From Camelus ferus (taxonomy: Eukaryota), in contig NC_045697.1 in the NCBI RefSeq assembly GCF_009834535.1, positions 16,370,001 to 16,434,000 of the forward strand: DNA of 64,000 nucleotides, written 5' to 3'. Position 1 is the stretch's first letter. Each line of letters opens with the position of its first letter. Position numbers and translations under genes: made by a program. The notes under the pieces were generated by a model, which was given only the letters and a program-made list of their open reading frames with translations, was not told the origin of the DNA and did not search any database. Positions 24,151 to 36,067 of this stretch are shown piece after piece.

Positions 24151-25722
24151 TGGATTACTTAATAGATCGATGGCAATTACTGGCTGATGTTATTTGCGAT
24201 AATATTATTTTTGGCCTGGTGTTACACTAATTTTTAAGTGTGAACTCACTTTAATATGTGATTGTTTCTTTCTGCCTGGATGGCAAGGTACTAGAAGTCA
24301 GCAACTCTGAGTGTATTCATCCACTGTGATCGATTATTGATCATTGAAGACTATTTAGTTCTAATATTTAAAACTACATTTGAATGAAGAAAAGAACATC
24401 CCTCTTCCTGAGGCTGTTTATTGAAATGAAAAAGTCATGGAGGTAGCAAGGTTCAGGGGAAAGAGCTCTGGTTTGTTCATTAGTTCTACCTTCAGTTACT
24501 TAACTTATCTGGCTCTCCATTTCCTCACCTTTAGAACACAAGCATTTGAATATTTACCTTGCTGGTGACTCTGAGGATTAAATGAGATAACCAATGGGAA
24601 ATGCTCAACCAATTGCAGACATGGAGGAATTTTCTTTCCTTACTATGTAGCATCCTCCCCATCGCATCCCTGGATCATTGAAGCTTACATCTCCAAGATT
24701 CCAACCAATAGGTGATCATTCTTGTCTACAGAGCATCTTTGCAATGTGTGAACTCAAGTACTAGCCCTGCCTTCCCACCTTTCCCAACCCTGGACCACGT
24801 CCCTTCCCTGGCTGTCTAACCTGGGGCATACACCAGATGGCAGTGTCCCATTGAGGACAGGATCCTTCTGGCCTTTCAGCTCACTGACCAAATGACCAGT
24901 TGCTTTGCCATATCTCTATGTGTGTTACAGGTCAATAGCATTAGCCTTGGAGTCTGGTTGATGTTCAATGTAAAAATAAACACTGGAAAATCTCTGTACA
25001 CATTCTATTCCCTTTCAACTGCAAAGCGTTTTATTTCCAAGGTCAATTGGAAGAGGTACATATGTGATGCTGAAGTAAACATACACTTCATATAGATTTT
25101 TGTCAATGTTTGCACTTCACTGCACTTTAATCAGTAATAAAAACCCCTTACAATATATCTAACACACACTTCGAGGCACCAGGGCTACAGATGTGAGTGA
25201 TGCATGTCTGCTACCTTCGAGTAGCTCACTGTTCACTAGGAGAGAAAGAGTTTTACGCAACTAATGACAGTGCAATGAGATCATTGTTATGCTATTTAAC
25301 CCAGATGGCTTCACAATTTTTTATCTTACGTGTATCTGTCTTGGAATTAATCATTTCATGGCTTTTACTAAGTTCACTTGCCTTCAGCTAAGAGCTCTCA
25401 AATCCTCACGGATGCCTGGTAGTCTCCATTTAAAAATACTATGAACGTTTCTATCTCGCTACAATTCATCATGCATATGATTTGGGAGGCTTTTTTCACA
25501 GCCACCTTTCAATATGAGGAAAGAATGTACCCCATCACTTCTACTACCTCTATTAATTTATCCTACAAACACTTGCTACAGGGTTCCAGGTGCTACCCCT
25601 GGGGAAATAGAAACACGAATCAACTATATAGTTCTTGGCCCTGAAGGCTGTGAGTCTAATAAAGGGTTAATAATTGGTAAGAATTTGAGATTCTGGCAGG
25701 GAAATTTGGAGTATCCTGTGAA

Positions 25723-25753
25723 TGTGTGTGTGTGTGTGTGTGTTTGTGTGTGT
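25723..25753. repeat. (TG)n microsatellite
   Basis: Directly visible. Confidence 0.9.
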
Positions 25754-26039
25754 CTGCACACATGCAGTTTTCAGCTTACTTTCGGTGAGATTCATGAACT
25801 CACAGCTCAGTCATTTACCCAAGGTGGGAGGTGTGCGCTTGTGAGTGTGTGTGTACGTGTGTGTTGTCCCTTGATTTGTGACTGTGGTGGCTGAGATGAA
25901 AGGCCATCTCCCTGTGTAGTACTCAAGACACACACACCTTCTAGAATTATGAAACTGAAAAATTATGACTGGAGTCAGTTTCTTCTGGTCGCATTCCATT
26001 CCCTCATTTCCCCTCTCCACTCCCTTCCTGTCTCTGTCC

Positions 26040-27500
26040 TGAGCCAGCTGCCTCTGACCCGGAGCAGTCATACACCCTCCTGTGACCTCTAAGGACTCAC
26101 AGGAATCTGATTTTCCTACAGACCCGCCAGCTGGGGCCTCGGGAATCCGATCCCCTCTTGGATTATTCACAGGATCGGATCGGCACTGGCATTTCAGAGT
26201 AGGCGCCACACAGATCCCGGCCTCACTTGTGCCCCGTGTGCGCAAGGACACCCACACCCGGGGGTTTCAGAGACCAGCTCTGCCCCTGCGGAGGCTTGCT
26301 GTTCCCGGGAATTTTGTTTCCAGTACCCATGGAAGCTAAGCCAGGGAGCAGTTCATTGGGTTGCTTGGCCAAGTGGAACCCAAAGATGCCTGTAAGAGCT
26401 GTGAATGGCCAACAGATCAAAGCTCAAATTCAGCTGGATAATTATCTGCGATTTAGGTGAAAAGGGTGTGTGCTGATATCACTCTATCCCCTCTGTACAA
26501 GAGGGAAGGCACAAAATAGTCCCTGAATTTCTGACTACCTGTCCCTTCCAATGACTCACAAGATCTAAGATGGAGCCTGGGAATTTGTATTTTTTTAAAA
26601 AAAAAGTCAACAGGTTTGTCTTATGCAGCCTAACCAGATGGAAGCCCTTGCTTAAAGTTTCCTCCTAACATAATACACTTTGATTCTATTATTCCCGGAA
26701 TACAAAGAGGTAAGGGTATGACGCCAGGTCAGCTACGAAGACGGGAGCAAGGTGAAGATTAGAACTTGAGTCTCCTAACGCCTGGTCCACCGCCCCCGCT
26801 CTGCGCGCTGTGCACAGCACAGGAGCCCAGCACTCTGTTCACCTGAGGGAGGATGACTGGACTATTCCGGAAAAGGGCAGATGGGTGCTTACAAAGCTTC
26901 CACGGGGTTCCCAAAATAAACACGCCATTGTTTAAAGCTGTCAGAAGCAAAGCAAAAGAAAAGAGTCGTGACCTCTGGAAATGAGATGATAATGCAATAC
27001 AAATTTTGAAAAAAGAAGGGCGATCTTAAAGAATGAAGAGGGGGTTAGGCCTTTGGTTGAATTAGGTTGTGAGGAATCGTGAGAAGCAGGTATGTTCAGT
27101 CTGGAAAGCCAGCCACGGGACCTGAGCCGTTGGCCAAATGGAGCGGGCTCCGGGGAAGGAGGACGGCCCCCAGGGAGGGAAGGGGGAGACGGGGGCGTGG
27201 GTAGGACTGTGCAGGTGTCCAGAAGACAGCAGTGGAGTCCAGCACGATCCGTCCAGATCCCCCCTGCTCCCACCTTGAAAAGTATACTTCCAGGTCACTT
27301 TCGAGATGACATAAGGCCAGAGAGAGTAATTATAACAACTATGAATTATCGCGCACATGCGCTCTATCAGGCAGGAGGCTCCTGCCAGCTCCTTCCTTTT
27401 GCAGAAGCAGAAATGATTTACTATGAAGACCCGGAAGCCCGCACTCCAGGCCCTCACTGTCCCAGGTTCCATCCGTGGTCCTGGGAGAGGCCCTATACAT
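26040..27500. promoter_or_regulatory. GC/CpG-enriched segment, candidate enhancer or weak promoter
   Basis: Locally many retained CpGs against a CpG-depleted background; GC-box-like ccgccccc and gggggcgtgg; TTCCCGGAA (26692-26700), TTCCCGGGAA (26302-26311), TGACTCA (26552-26558), ETS-like CCGGAAG (~27430). No associated gene identified. Confidence 0.45.
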
Positions 27501-28822
27501 ACGTTCTTATGGTCCCAGGATAATTTTCTAAAATTTACAAAGTAGAAATTTTTTTTTAAATTTCTATTCATATAGAATTAAGCTCTGGGGCCCACAAAAT
27601 CTGTGCCCGCTTTGGTGAGGTAGGTATTGGTGGTGGTTCTGATGCTGATGCTACATTGTAGACAGATGGCACTCTCTCTGAGCCTCACTCTTCTCATCTG
27701 TAAAATGGACTTCTCTGCCCCATCCAACTTTAGAGAGGAACTCAGAGAATCAAATTACTTCACAGTGATGGGGAATTCTGAGAGGCAAGCACAAGTCACT
27801 GTTCTATTTAAAGATTCTGGAAACTGTCCAAATCTACAGAAAGAAATATTTAGTCTCAAATATAAAATAATATTCTTCTCTGGAGTTATGCATACATATG
27901 TAAAGACCCACTCAGCTGTGCACTTGGACAGGTCTGGGTCTAGCTCTGGTATAGAACACTTACTGACACAAAGGTCTTTAATACTCATTTACCTAGAAGT
28001 AACCAGATCCCTGGTTCTCCCCACAAATAGTAAACTTTCCCCACATCAAAGATGACCAACCTCCCTGTGGACCAGGGATGCCCACACAGAGGAAAATTAG
28101 AAGTAAAATAGTCTGTTTCATTTGCATTGCACAAATTGCTTATGGTCCAGGACCAGAAGGAAGTCGCTGCACATAAAGCCACTGTCAGATCACCAAAGCC
28201 CTTTTCACACATGTGGCAAGGGTAATGCTGATGTCCCAGCCTCACGCAGCAGAGGGAACGTCATTTGGCCTCCTTCAATGTTGTGCTTTGAAGATGCAGG
28301 AACACTTTAAAGGAAATGTCTTCTCCCAGTGTGAGCCTCCTCAGTGTACAGCTGTTTCAATCTGCCCGGGTCCCTGTGGAGTCCTTTATCCTGCCTATAG
28401 AATGTTCATCCTTGGAGGAAAGATTTCATTGCATAACTGATAAATTCTCATTTTCCCTTGGCTCCTAGTTTCTCTTTTAGAAATGCCTGCAGGTCAACCC
28501 CAATGGAACACCAAGCACATCTGTGCTGAGATAAAGGAGAAAGGAGGACACAAAGAAACCAGGAATAAATAAGAAATAAAGCATAAAACACAAGCTACAC
28601 TGAGTTGCTATAATGCAGCAGAGACTTCATGCATTATCATCTCATTTAATCCTCACTAGCAGAGTGAGAGGAAGACACGGGTTTTGAAGAAGAGAAATTG
28701 GAGTCTTGGGGGTGGGGAGTAACTTTCCAAAGGTCAACAATGAATGAGAAAGGAAGCCAATATTAGACCCTGGTTTTTTGAATTCAAAGCCTGTGCACCA
28801 TCTCCTCGACTCTGCCACCTCT

Positions 28823-28958
28823 TTTGGGGGGCAGGGTGGGGAGGTAATTAGGTTGGTTGGTTGATTGATTGATTAATGATTAATGGAGATACTGGGGATT
28901 GAACCCAGGACCTCTTGCATGCTAAGCATATGCTCTACCTCTAAGCTATACCCTCCCT
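28823..28958 (-). mobile_element. Camelid tRNA-derived SINE
   Basis: Reverse complement reads gggtatagcttagaggtagagcatatgcttagcatgcaagaggtcctgggttcaatccccagtatctcc (A/B boxes), followed by an aacctaattacctcccc tail; 13-bp TSD ctctgccacctct (28810-28822, 28959-28971). Confidence 0.92.
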
Positions 28959-29461
28959 CTCTGCCACCTCTCTTAAAGAAAAGAAAGAAAGAGGGAGAAT
29001 GGTATTTTTTTTACCCTGAAAATTACAAATTGGATTCTACCAAGTGGAATGCAATGCAGTCAGATTCCATGGTCATTTCCTTGTTTTTAATTTCATATAA
29101 TCACAATGGTTGCATGTTTTAACCCCCTGAAGGGCCACAGTATATATTGCTGGTTCCATGCCAATCTCTAGAGCCCAGACACCATCTCATGCAAGCAAGT
29201 GACTCAGAGGCTTTGAAAAGTGCCTTGACAACCCCTTTATGGAGACTGTCAGTCAAAGTTTAATATTAAGAAATCCTTCCCTAATAAATGCTGGAGACGA
29301 TGTGGAGGTGTAGAGAAAAAGGAACCCTCCTACACTGTTGATGGGAATGTAGTTTGGTGCAGCCACTATGAAGATTCCTTAAAAAACTAAAAGTAGACTT
29401 ACCATATGATCCAGCAATCCCACTCCTGGGCATACATCCAGAGGAAACTCTAAACTGAAAA

Positions 29462-29785
29462 GAGAAGACACTAATGAATTTATCTACAAAACAGAAACAG
29501 ACTCACAGACATAGTAAACAAATTTATGGTTACCAGGGAAAAAAGGGGTGGGAAGGGAAAAATTGGGAGTTTGAGATTTGCAGATATTAACTATATATAT
29601 ATTAACCAGATAAAACATTTCTTCTGTATAGCACAGGGAACTATATTCAGTATCTTCTAGTAACCTATAATGAAAAAATATGAAAATGAATATATATATG
29701 CATATGTATGACTGAAACATTGTGCTGTACACCCAAAATTGACACATTATAACAGGCTATACTTCAATTAAAAAAATATATATAT
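29462..29785 (+). mobile_element. Younger L1 3' UTR fragment nested in the preceding L1
   Basis: A second copy of the 3' UTR (gacactaatgaatttatctacaaaacagaaacagactcacagac…tacttcaattaaaaaaa) splits the host ORF2; the host sequence resumes at atgcgtcccaatgttcacagcag. Confidence 0.8.
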
Positions 29786-29878
29786 GCGTCCCAATGTTCA
29801 CAGCAGTAATATTTACAATAAACAAGATATGGATTCAATCTAAATGTCCATTGACAGATAATCGGATAAAGAATTTGT

Positions 29879-29897
29879 GAGATAGATAGATAGATAG

Positions 29898-29947
<50 letters not shown>
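29879..29947. repeat. (GATA)n(CA)n compound microsatellite inside L1
   Basis: Directly visible. Confidence 0.95.
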
Positions 29948-29949
<2 letters not shown>

Positions 29950-32626
29950 GAATACTATTCAGCCATAAAAAAGAATAAAATAATGCCATTTGAAGCAACA
30001 CAGATGGACCTAGAGATTGTCATACTAAGTGGAATAAACCAGAAACAGACAGAAAAATACCATATGATATCACTTATATGTGAAATCTAAAAATGACCCA
30101 AATGAACCTATTTACAAAACAGAAACAGACTCACAGACATAGAAAACAAACAAGGTTACCAGGGGGAAAGGGAAGGGAGGGGGATAAATTAGGAGTCTGA
30201 GTTTTGCAAATACTAACAACTATATATAAAATAGATAAACAGCCAGTTCTTGCTGTATAGCACAGGGAACTATATTCAATATCTTGTAATGGCCTATAAT
30301 GAAAAATAATGTGAAAGAGAATATACATATGTATATATGTATAACTGAATCACTATGCTGTACACCAGAAATGAACACAACATTGTAAATTGACTATACT
30401 TCGATAAAAAATATGAAAGAAAGGAAGAAGTCCTTCCCCAAATGAAGATGCCCTTGGCTGCAACAGAACAGCAGTATTGCCACTTTGGCCTCCACACAGA
30501 GCTTTTTTGTGTGTGGTCCCAGGGCCCCCTTGTCAGTAACGAAAGGGCCACGTGTGTGGTACTAGGAAGGATCTAGATGGTAGCCAAGCATGCCAGCTGC
30601 ACTGGGATGTTTTGAGTAGTTGGGGGTTATGAGCAATAATCTCAAAGAGGATAGTTATTTTCTCCAAAGTGGGCCATCGTGAGTCCACCCTGGTGCAGGG
30701 GGCTGTGCCAGAGCACTCGCCTCCCTTTGAATTGTGTGGTTTTGGGGAATGCTAAGTGAAGAGGTCATGGTTACCTATTCAACATTGAATTTTTTCCCTC
30801 TGCTTTTATTCACCCATCTATTCACGTGATAAATATTTACTGAGCAACTACTACCATCCATGCACTACATGGAACACAGGAAACAGAGAAGAATAAAGCA
30901 TAATCTGTGCTCTCTGTATCTTATAGTTCAGATAGGGAGGTATGCATGTAAACAAATGGGAGTGATAAAGTGTTTTGTGCATGTCAGCAGAATTATATTT
31001 AGGGCTTAAAGGAGAGTGTGCTCAGTAGGATCCAGGGAGGAGAAAGAGAGGAGTGTTCAGAAAAAGCGTAGAGAGGAGACCGTCCTTGCAAGACAGCATT
31101 TTTAGCAGGAAGAATAAAGGCTGTCAAATCAGATCAACATGAAATTAAATCCCAGTTCTGCTAACACTGTGCTCTGTGACCATGGCCTTGATTTTTATCT
31201 TTCCGAGCTGCATCCCTGAAGTGAGGATGACACACCTGGACCCACCTCAGAGTGTTGTGAACATCGAATTAAGGTTCATGCGAGACCATTCCAAGTGAGA
31301 TTTTTAGAACTGGATATGATTTGGTAATTTTCCAAGGAGAGAAGTTCTCTGGGTCAGATGGGTGATTTTCCCAGTCGTGCTGTCTGAACTTTGGTATGTG
31401 AATGTGTCCTTTTACCCATCTAAGGTGTGCCAAGAGCACAGACCCTTGACCTTAAAGATTGGAACTGTGAGCTGACAAAGGAAAGACCTCAGCAACACCC
31501 AGGCACACGTGGTAGCTGGCCGTGCCCGTTGTCCCCTGGAGGAATGATGACGTGGTTTACAACAAAAGAGTGTGTCAGCCTTTACCACGTGCTGTCCCTC
31601 AGGAACAGTGAGAGTGTCAGATATTCATATCCATCTCTGGAGGCCTGACAGAAGGCAAACAGATATGACTTATCCTGCAATCTTTGTCTTTTCGGATTAG
31701 TCAACTTTCTGTTATATTTGGGAAGCAGAGGCAGCTCAACAGACAGTTCAACTACTCAATGAAATAAAACAGTGATTATTATCGCTGCGTCCATCAGGGG
31801 TCTACCATGTAGACAACAAACGCTGACTCTGGTTTAAGAATACTGGTTTATTGAATGGTATTGGGTTCTCCACAGAATCACTCAGCAGGCTGGGGAATTA
31901 GAATAAATGCTAATCTTCTGGGAATTCAATTGATGAGAAAAGGAAGCAAACTGCTAGAGCCGTCATAGAACACTGGGTACCACTGTCCTCTTAGAACTTG
32001 CCGTTTCCAAGGAACTTGAATTTCCTGCAGGTGCCTCTAACACCAAGGCCTCCTCTTTGCCAGGAACTCAACAGATCGCCATTGCTACTGCCACCACTGT
32101 TAGAGATGAATGGAATTCGCCATCCCTTCCTTCCTGCGTCACTAGGTCCTTCAGGCCTTCTATCGGTAGAGTTACTCACTGGCTATAAGAGAAAGTGGGT
32201 GAGTTTGGTCTTTTATTTTGAGAAAGTAGAATCTACAATAAAAGGAATTTCCTAACTTAGAAAGAATATGGCAAAGATGCCATTAGACCACAAACAGGAC
32301 AAGTATCCACTATAATAATTATTATTGTCACCATCATTATTGCTGCCTCTAGTAACTCAGTAAGCATTTACTGATGCACTGACAAGTGTGAGGCATTATG
32401 TGGAAGAACAACCAGAAATAAAGGCTAGACAGCTTGCCCTCAGTTTTCACTTGGGAATTACAAGGACTGTATCCCAGACAGAGAAAATCTGATTCTGTGA
32501 AAGGAAGAGTTTGATGTATGTATGAGTGTTAGAAAGGGCCTCATTTTGCCATTTAAGGAAAACATGGAGTCTTAAAAGACTTGTAAGATTTGGTTAGGAA
32601 TCCTTTCTACATCCAATGAGTTAAAA

Positions 32627-32788
32627 CAGTGGTTCTCAAATTTTAATGTACATCAGAATCGTCTGGAGAATTTGTTAAAACAGAGTGCTAGAGCTTACCC
32701 TCAGAATTAGTGAGGAACAAGGGCAAGAATTAGCATGTGTACCAAGTTCCCAGATCATAGTCTGAAGACTACAGTTTGAAAACCACTG
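32627..32788 (+). mobile_element. MER5A hAT-Charlie MITE
   Basis: TIRs cagtggttctcaaa / tttgaaaaccactg; 8-bp TSD agttaaaa (32619-32626) / agttagaa (32789-32796). Confidence 0.9.
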
Positions 32789-35739
32789 AGTTAGAAAAAC
32801 CTTTAGGACTGGAGGCAAGGAAGAAAGCGAGTGTGAGTCAATGATAAAGATGATAGCTACTGATGGAAGAGAATTTGTGTAAGGGATACATCAGGAATGG
32901 TGCTGGAAAAGTAAATTGAGATCAAGCATTCAGGGGTGGATTGTACTTGAATGCCCTGCTGAGGGTGCATAAACTGAATGCAACAGGCAAGATAAAATTC
33001 TAGAAGACTTTGGGTCGTTTACTGCAAAAAAAAAAAAAAAAGTGTAATAGAGACACGATTATCCTGGATATTCTGCCAACTGCTGGGAATAACAGAAAGA
33101 AATTTGATTTAAAAAAATAAATTAAGTTATTTTTGAGAGAAGGGAAGACCAATCCAAGTGTAACCTTGTGTAGTGACATCCCAAAGGGATGAAAGGGCCA
33201 AAGCAAATGACATTTGAGAGAAAAATCTGTAAGATGTCTACATAGCAACCACTGTCCTTATTATTAGCTTGCTGTGTGAGCTTGGGCATGCTGTATAACC
33301 TCTCTGGTTTTCAGCTTTGTTGGCTAAAAACCAGTGTTCTTTAAGAATCTGCTTCTCTGTTATGGTACATAAGTCTATGGTTAGATAGAAGGCTGAAGTA
33401 GAGAGACAACTCAAAGGTGATTTCGACATTAAAAGACTGGAGAACTGGGGGAATCATGAAGCTAGTGACAAAAATAGAAATAACGTCAACATTTTTCATC
33501 TCAACTTGAAAATACTTATGACCTTGCTTCAAAGTGGAACAATAACAACAAGAAAACTAGTGCATCAGGACACCTCTGTTTAAAAAGTTACATTCAATTT
33601 TGGAGGTTAAGAATAGATAATGTATTGGGAGGCAACAGATATGCATATAGATGAATCCTAATTTAATGCAAACCTGTTAGTTTATTTATGTTATTAATAT
33701 GATACCCTAGAGGATATAAACCAATTAAAAACCCATTTCAATTATTAATTGGGTCCCCTAATTGAAGGGACATAATAAATTAATTAAAATGTCCTCAGCT
33801 CTATTCACAAAGGAAAACACCTAAGTCAGGGAGTGGATTGGACAAACAGATCTGTCTTAAAATCTTATGCTGGATCCTATCCAACTTCACGTGGAAAAAG
33901 TAGCCAAATCCACAGAAGGAGGTGTTTGAACAAGGAGATTGGGAGAAGAGAGATACAAAGATGGATGTCCCACTGAGTTCTATGGATATCATGTCGTGGA
34001 CATGCTCATTAAACACTTCAGGCCTCAGTTTACTTAAATATAATTTGAGATCATTGAATCGAATAATTTAAAATGTGCTTCCCTTGTTCTGGCCATTATA
34101 CCTTATTATAAATACATGGGCCAAAAACACCAATCCTAAAACTCTCAGTGATAATGAAGCATTAACTGAGCATTTACTGAGCACACAGAACCTAATCTGT
34201 GCTCACAATTAAAGGCTATGAAGGTGAAGAGACACAGTTCTTTCTCTCAGGCAGCTCAGTATCTCAAGGTGTCACAAGTACATGCTAAATTTGTGAGGAG
34301 AGGGCGCGAATGGAAATGTACACTTGGTGTCAAACCAACCTGGCCTCAAATCACAGCTCTGTATATGGATGACCCTTAGTTCTCTGTTTCTTCAAGTAAA
34401 AATGGAAATAATAACATCTCAGAGCATATGTTACTTAATGAAATAGATGTAAAGATTATATAGCAAAACAGCTAGTAGGTGAGAGTCAGTCAATACTGGA
34501 GTAGGTTGACGTTCCCATATACTTTATAAATAAAGATGTCTTGGCACTCCAGGGACATCTTGGGAGGATATCACATTGCTGAAGGAGAGTGTTCTTTCCT
34601 GTTGCTTTGTCGTGAAGTATTAGGAAGTATTTAGGAGGGTACAAAACAACAAATGGTTTTAATGCTCAATGTTCAAGGGATGAAAATAAGCTCTGGTAGA
34701 AGAGAAGAGTAATTTTTCACTGTATAATTGGGAAATATATCACACATATCAACGAGAGTATATAACTATGTATCTAGTACATGTTAGAGCACCTTAATGA
34801 AATAGATGAACATAAACATCCCTGTACCTAACACCAAGCTTAAAAATTACCTGGAAAATTCCCACACATCCTTCTACTACACATTTAATTTCATCACCAT
34901 CAGAGGTAACTGAATTTTTTGTCCTAATAATTCCATAATTTTTTCTTAACATTTTTATCACATATGTATTTACCCCTAAATATGTATTGTTTGGTTTTAG
35001 CTGGTTTTGAACATTAAGTACATGGGAAAACATTCTATATTTCCTATGATGACTTGCTTCTGTCACACAACATCAGACTTTGAGATTGTTCTATATCGTA
35101 TTAATTCATCTTCACTTTTGTATTCCATTGAATGAATTAGTTCATATTCACTGTCGTATTCCATTGAATGAATAGCCCACTATTTATTTATGTGTTCCAC
35201 TGTCAATGAGTGATTTTTTTTCTATTAAATGTAATACTGCTACAGATATTCATTTATGTCTCTTCTGGTAAATGTATAGGAAATTTTCTCAAGGCTATGT
35301 GTCCTGGAAGGCAGAAATGCTGAGTCATCCCATATTCTCAAGCTTACTAAAAATGACAAAATTGTTTTCCAAAGTCATTATTTCAGTTTGCATCCCCACT
35401 TTCAGTGAATGCTTCACTTGCTTAAGAGTATTTTCAGATGTTGCAATGTTACAAAAGTGATGCTTTTAATTAGCTGACCTCTGATTTCTAAAAAAGTTAA
35501 GGATATTTTCATATGATTTGGGGTCCATTTATGTTTCCCCTATTCTGAAATGTTCGTTCAGGTGTTTTTTCCATTTTTACGTTAGATTGTTTGTTGTTTT
35601 CCTATTGATTTAAAAAATAGGTTATCATTTTCTTATACTATTCCTTTTCTGGTTTTATATATTGCAAACAGCATTTTCAAGTTTGTGCTTTCTTTTTTCA
35701 ATCTCTGTATGGTGTCTTTTGAGAAGCAGAGCTTAATTT

Positions 35740-36067
35740 CTTTTTTTTTTTTTTTTTGTAGAAATAACCTAAGTGGATGATTCCTTTTATTTTCATAAAT
35801 TTGGTCAGATCCCTGACAACTTGGGCAATTCTGTGCAGTGTTTTATTTTATTTTATTTTATTTTATTTTATTTTATTTTATTTTATTTTAATTGAAGTAT
35901 AGTCAGTTTACAATGTTGTGTCAGTTTCTGGTGTGTAGCATAATGTTTCAGTCATACTTATACATACATATATTCATTTTCATATTCTTTTTCATTATAG
36001 GTTACTACAAGATACTGAATATAGTTCCCTGTGCTATACAGAAGAAACCTGTTGTTATCTATTTTAT
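35740..36067 (-). mobile_element. Young L1 3' end carrying an 83-bp 3' transduction
   Basis: TSD agaagcagagcttaattt (35722-35739) / agaaacagagcttaattt (36068-36085) encloses poly-T (35741-35757), unique 83 bp (35758-35840), (TTTTA)n (35841-35890) and an L1 3' UTR. Confidence 0.85.

Larger units (their letters stand above)
29282..30424 (+). mobile_element. 5'-truncated L1 (ORF2 C-terminus + 3' UTR) with TSD, containing a nested L1 3' end
   Basis: aataaatgctggag…ggaaccctcctacactgttg…gatccagcaatcccactcctggg…; TSD aagaaatccttccc (29268-29281) / aagaagtccttccc (30425-30438) at a TT/AAGA site. Confidence 0.9.

Noticed and set aside
25811..27571. ORFs of 110-169 aa in the CpG-rich block
   Set aside because: Stop-codon depletion is explained by GC content; the translations resemble no known family and partly run through microsatellites or repeats.
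27935..27980. tRNA-like fragment gggtctagctctggtatagaacac
   Set aside because: Only an A-box-like piece with no B box or cloverleaf; at most a decayed SINE head, not a tRNA gene.
28880..28955. tRNA gene on the minus strand
   Set aside because: It is the tRNA-derived head of a SINE, with tail and TSDs.
31544..31648. C/D box snoRNA candidate (ATGATGA…CTGA)
   Set aside because: No terminal stem and no recognisable rRNA/snRNA guide; such boxes are common by chance.
35100..35175. ~36-bp direct repeat (ttca…gtattccattgaatgaat) as a CRISPR-like array
   Set aside because: Only two adjacent copies with no spacer, inside an old L1; a simple tandem duplication in a eukaryotic genome.
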